From the IMG/VR virus record IMGVR_UViG_3300008113_011532: DNA of 20,000 bases. One strand, given 5' to 3'. Both the position numbers and the translations under genes were made by a program. Position 1 is the first letter of the stretch; each line of letters starts with the position of its first letter. Shown in pieces: positions 16,774 through 20,000 of the stretch. The DNA comes from an uncultured virus (IMG/VR IMGVR_UViG_3300008113_011532) (taxonomy: Duplodnaviria; Heunggongvirae; Uroviricota; Caudoviricetes). The notes below the pieces were generated by a model, which worked only from the letters and a program-made list of their open reading frames with translations, was not told the DNA's origin and searched no databases.

Positions 16774-16782
16774 TATATATTA
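16774..16782 (-). promoter_or_regulatory. putative phage late promoter TAATATATA
   Basis: 6 nt before ATG 16767. Confidence 0.6.
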
Positions 16783-16813
16783 CCAAAACGAAACCGCAAA
16801 ACGTTTTTATTGC

Positions 16814-16821
16814 TATATTAG
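16814..16821 (+). promoter_or_regulatory. Bacteroidota-type -7 element variant (TATATTAG)
   Basis: Same octamer as 1239-1246; 4 nt before the first helix of the putative ncRNA. Confidence 0.55.
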
Positions 16822-16825
16822 CTGT

Positions 16826-17070
16826 CGGGCCTGGGAACCCGCCGTCTTTGTGCGAGACGGGTTAAAGCGCACACGGTAAGTCTGGACATCGGAATGCCAG
16901 GCCCGGGGCCAAAGGGCACAGACACAACCCCTCCCGGTAGTGTTGACTTTTTTAATAGGGGTAAGCCCGGCAGGTTTTTTGAAAGGAAAAAACAGATGAG
17001 ACCACCCACTACCCGAGTGGGGAAAGACGGAAACAGCAAGCAAGCGGGTTCGAGCCCCGCGGCCGTCTCT
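16826..17070 (+). ncRNA. putative structured ncRNA with pseudoknots and a 3' tRNA-like T-arm
   Basis: Helix 16826-16834/16897-16905; H-type pseudoknot 16842-16873; hairpins at 16921-16944, 16974-16993 and 17005-17021; T-arm GCGGG-TTCGAGC-CCCGC at 17044-17060 enclosed by AGACGG/CCGTCT. Confidence 0.6.
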
Positions 17071-17082
17071 AAAACTTATAAA

Positions 17083-18009
17083 ATGGGAAGCTTTTACCTT
17101 ACGTGCTCCATATCGCACATGACATTAGATCGCCAAAAGACGAGCGTACAAATCCTAATACCGAAGATGAAGTACGACGGCTGCACCGACATGAAAGAGC
17201 ACAGGAACCTTATCTGCACCAACGACGGCGCGCAGGCGTTCTTCGCACCGTTCGGGTTTCCAATCCACGGCGAATACTACGACTACGGATACATCGACGA
17301 AATCCAGAGAGACAGGAACGTGGAGCAAATCGAGGAGTTCTTCGGCGCGAAGATCGATGACATAATAAAACACATCGGCAGAACACGCGACTGGACACCT
17401 CCAAAGAACGCGGAGCTCTACGAAGAGATTTACATGACGTTCTTCCGCACAGAGGTCCTCGAGTTCCTGCAGAGGGGATGGGACACAGTAAACCTGACCG
17501 ACCCGTATGATTACTCGGGCGACGCCTGGCTGAAGAAGTTCATAGACCTCGCCACAAAAGCGCCGTCCAGAGAGCAGATAGCGGAGGTGAACGAGAAGAG
17601 TTCAAGAGGCGAGGAGCTGACCGAGGACGAGTACGAAATCATGTTCCACTCGGATTACCAAGTCTTCGGATCGAGCAACTGCTACATAAAGTCCTCAATG
17701 GACAGGAACTTCCTGAGGCTGCTCGGAGTGGACTTCGAGGCGCAGCTGAACGACGTTCTTAAGCAGTCGACCTTCCTTACAAGGTTCGGATGGGGGCTAG
17801 ACAGGGTACTACTGCCTTCGGTCTACGGATCGCAGGAAACCAACTTCCAGGAGACCTACCTGCTCAACGACCTCGTGAACGACCTGCTCATCAAGGACAT
17901 GGAAAACGAGTACGACGACTACGACGAGGAAGAAGGCGAAAACTCGCAGAAAGCGAGGATCATTAAGGCTCACAACAGAAACAAGGCGATAAGAGAACTC
18001 GGGGTTTAG
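17083..18009 (+). CDS. hypothetical phage protein (308 aa) with C-terminal RNKAIRELGV tag
   Basis: ATG 17083 after an A-rich leader; 'MGSFYLTCSIS...PIHGEYYDYG'. The upstream extension to 16894 overlaps the structured RNA. Confidence 0.8.
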   Translation: MGSFYLTCSISHMTLDRQKTSVQILIPKMKYDGCTDMKEHRNLICTNDGAQAFFAPFGFPIHGEYYDYGYIDEIQRDRNVEQIEEFFGAKIDDIIKHIGRTRDWTPPKNAELYEEIYMTFFRTEVLEFLQRGWDTVNLTDPYDYSGDAWLKKFIDLATKAPSREQIAEVNEKSSRGEELTEDEYEIMFHSDYQVFGSSNCYIKSSMDRNFLRLLGVDFEAQLNDVLKQSTFLTRFGWGLDRVLLPSVYGSQETNFQETYLLNDLVNDLLIKDMENEYDDYDEEEGENSQKARIIKAHNRNKAIRELGV

Positions 18010-18497
18010 CCGATCTGCGACGGATCGAAGTTGTCGCGCATGTCCAGGAAGGTGAACTGGTCGACCGCGACACGAATTCCGTCGAACCGGTTGAGGAAGG
18101 CGACGAACTCATTCAGGCATTCGTCCTCCAACGCAAAGACCGTGTTGGAAGGATCGGTCTTTGATCCGTAGGACGTGTACTCGATGACGCCGACCTTGGA
18201 TGGCGCCTCTATGTAGAACTCGCAGGCCATCGCATCACCCCACGTGACGTCGATGTCCATTCTCATATTCGGATTCTGCGAGAAGTAAAAGTCGAACTCG
18301 AGCGTCTCAGGAACGCCGAACTCATCATTCGAGTTCTCATAGGTGACCTGCACCATGTCGGAGTGCATCATCACGTTTCCAATCGTGAACTCGTGAACGC
18401 CGTCCTTCAGCACGGTCATTTTTTTCGGCATAAGCGTCCGCCAGTCAACATCATAAATCAGACTCTCAAAAAGACGCCAAGAATAAATCCTTCTCAT
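18006..18497 (-). CDS. hypothetical protein with N-terminal MRRIYSWRLFES tag
   Basis: ORF track; TTATATATA 4 nt upstream. Confidence 0.8.
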   Translation of the reverse strand: MRRIYSWRLFESLIYDVDWRTLMPKKMTVLKDGVHEFTIGNVMMHSDMVQVTYENSNDEFGVPETLEFDFYFSQNPNMRMDIDVTWGDAMACEFYIEAPSKVGVIEYTSYGSKTDPSNTVFALEDECLNEFVAFLNRFDGIRVAVDQFTFLDMRDNFDPSQIG

Positions 18498-18501
18498 TAA
18501 C

Positions 18502-18510
18502 TATATATAA
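18502..18510 (-). promoter_or_regulatory. putative phage late promoter TTATATATA
   Basis: 4 nt before ATG 18497. Confidence 0.6.
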
Positions 18511-18521
18511 ACATTTCTCAC

Positions 18522-18529
18522 TATATTCG
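18522..18529 (+). promoter_or_regulatory. Bacteroidota-type -7 element (TATATTCG)
   Basis: 4 nt before ATG 18534. Confidence 0.6.
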
Positions 18530-18533
18530 CGTT

Positions 18534-19256
18534 ATGGACATAAAGAAAAGGCTAGACGAATACCTCGGCTTCGACTCAAACGAGCTCCTGAGGCCGAGAA
18601 ACATAATAGTGGACGGAATACTCAGGCCAGTGGCGAAGTTCCGCCAGGCGGTCGGAGAACCGCTAATACGCGTCTTCGGCGGCGCCGTCAGAGACTCGAT
18701 CGCGGACCAGAAGATACACGACATCGACCTGCTAATCGGATCAAAGATGCTGAACACCGTAGAGGCGGTGCTACACAAGCACGGGTACGTATACATGGAG
18801 AGCCTGACACCGAAGGACATCGGCGCGATGTACAAAGACCTGAGGATAATAAACGAGCCAAGGACGTGGCTGAACACCAAGAACATGGCCATCGTACAGA
18901 TAATAAGACCGGTCGGTTTCACGGCGTCGAACCCAATCGCAGCAGTCGTACAGAACGTGGACATCTCCTGCTGCGGCGTCAGCTGGGACGGTGAGAAGCT
19001 CTACGAGAACTTCCCAGACGCGGTCATGCACTGCCAGACCATGAGGTACAGCACGAACTACTCCGGCAAGATGCGGACCGACAGGACGACCAACAGGACC
19101 TGGAAGCTCGAACAGCGCGGTTGGAAACTAATCAGGGGACCCCACGAGGTGCGTGACCTAAGGATTGAGGCGGTGCTCTGCATGCCGTCTATCGAGTTCG
19201 TGGAGGAGCACGGCAAGGAGCACATAATAATGGACAACGACGAACTACCGTTTTAA
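18534..19256 (+). CDS. nucleotidyltransferase (poly(A) polymerase/CCA-adding enzyme head-like)
   Basis: 'VFGGAVRDSI...DIDLLI' and 'VDISCC'; acidic tail DNDELPF. Confidence 0.8.
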   Translation: MDIKKRLDEYLGFDSNELLRPRNIIVDGILRPVAKFRQAVGEPLIRVFGGAVRDSIADQKIHDIDLLIGSKMLNTVEAVLHKHGYVYMESLTPKDIGAMYKDLRIINEPRTWLNTKNMAIVQIIRPVGFTASNPIAAVVQNVDISCCGVSWDGEKLYENFPDAVMHCQTMRYSTNYSGKMRTDRTTNRTWKLEQRGWKLIRGPHEVRDLRIEAVLCMPSIEFVEEHGKEHIIMDNDELPF

Positions 19257-19261
19257 ATAAC

Positions 19262-19269
19262 TATATTTG
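19262..19269 (+). promoter_or_regulatory. Bacteroidota consensus -7 element (TATATTTG)
   Basis: Exact TAnnTTTG, 3 nt before ATG 19273. Confidence 0.65.
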
Positions 19270-19272
19270 AGA

Positions 19273-19923
19273 ATGACATCGCACGACCTATACTACCCGA
19301 ACGTCGGACAAAGGCTGACCATCACAGACGAGCAGCTCGCCGAGATACGCGCAGCGGCTTCAACGGTGGTGCCGAGCGCCTACTACCGACACATGGTCAT
19401 ATGGGAAACTCCGCTGTGGAAGGAGATACAGATGCTGGCCATCACTGCAAGGCCGAAGCAGTGGGTAATCGACAAATACGCGGATAACATAGACCTTCAC
19501 CTGAAGCTTCTTTCAACCATGTACATCGACGAGGACGAGGACGAAGACCGCTGCATGATGGGAAGGAAAAGGCCGTTCGGCAACTCCGACGTACTCGGCG
19601 ACGTGCTGGAGGCTATGTACGAGGCCGGAACCATACCAACGCCAATCGACGAGGACGGCAACCAAATCGACATAATAGACGAGGACGCCGCAGACAGTAT
19701 GTTGGAGGAGTTCACAAACTTCGTACGCGACTTCTTCAGCGACGGCTTCGTACCGACCACGAACGTGTTCATCGGCGTCGGCCACGTAGACATAACCAAC
19801 TCAGGAAAGTCAATGATGGAATGGGAGAGCATCGGGGTAAAGCCCGAGCACGCCTATCTGATGTCGTGGATGCCTGACAAGGCAGCATTCAGGGACCTCA
19901 AGCTAAAAGAACTAGGGATATGA
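19273..19923 (+). CDS. acidic hypothetical protein (216 aa) with C-terminal RDLKLKELGI tag
   Basis: ORF track (ATG 19273 preferred over TTG 19267). Confidence 0.8.
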   Translation: MTSHDLYYPNVGQRLTITDEQLAEIRAAASTVVPSAYYRHMVIWETPLWKEIQMLAITARPKQWVIDKYADNIDLHLKLLSTMYIDEDEDEDRCMMGRKRPFGNSDVLGDVLEAMYEAGTIPTPIDEDGNQIDIIDEDAADSMLEEFTNFVRDFFSDGFVPTTNVFIGVGHVDITNSGKSMMEWESIGVKPEHAYLMSWMPDKAAFRDLKLKELGI

Positions 19924-20000
19924 GACCGGAGGACTGGCCGGTAGGGGCGACATTCACCTACAACTCACCGTACGGGCCATCGCGGTGGATCGGAATCGTG
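19920..20000 (+). CDS. 3'-truncated hypothetical protein (MRPEDWPVGATFTY...)
   Basis: ATG in ATATGA overlap; open to the window end. Confidence 0.6.
   Translation, partial: MRPEDWPVGATFTYNSPYGPSRWIGIV

Noticed and set aside
16993..17070. Hammerhead ribozyme (CAGATGA ... GAAA-GACGG/CCGTC-TC)
   Set aside because: The core has A in place of the conserved U of CUGAUGA, there are extra nucleotides before stem II, and no stem I can form.
16826..17070. Canonical tRNA, tmRNA or RNase P RNA
   Set aside because: There are no D or anticodon arms, no alanyl acceptor stem or CCA, no clear tag ORF, and no RNase P P4 pairing. Kept only as an unclassified ncRNA.
16894..17082. N-terminal 63-aa extension of the 371-aa ORF
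   Set aside because: It overlaps the structured RNA and has atypical composition; ATG 17083 has an A-rich leader and a natural-looking start.
412..19832. Numerous overlapping alternative-frame and antisense ORFs in the track (e.g. 412-771, 2291-2518, 4267-4782, 9210-9647, 15241-16044)
   Set aside because: These are shadow ORFs arising from the biased codon usage; they overlap better-supported genes and show no motifs.

Overview
This 20-kb window looks like part of a large, probably T4-like or jumbo, bacteriophage genome with a likely Bacteroidota host. The evidence is dense short ORFs with ATGA overlaps, Bacteroidota-type TAnnTTYG promoters, a T9SS-substrate-like protein, LamG virion-type proteins and a gp23-like fragment. 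Recognisable genes are a C5 DNA methyltransferase, a YubB/DUF1281-like protein, an alpha/beta hydrolase, two LamG proteins, a 2H phosphoesterase, a HAD 5'-nucleotidase, a PD-(D/E)xK-like protein and a nucleotidyltransferase. The most striking structure is a pair of short peptide tags appended to unrelated proteins. (1) About 17 ORFs end in R-[DEN]-x-[KR]-[LI]-x-x-[LI]-G-[ILV]-stop, including two 12-aa ORFs that are only the tag; these mostly lie in units with host-type promoters. (2) Six proteins begin with, and one ends with, a [KR]-x-[IL]-K-x-[YWF]-x-x-F-E-like motif resembling the T4 capsid-targeting sequence; these follow a T[AT]ATATATA putative late promoter. There is also a roughly 245-nt pseudoknotted, tRNA-like ncRNA candidate at 16826-17070. 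All family assignments come from reading motifs by eye; no searches were run.
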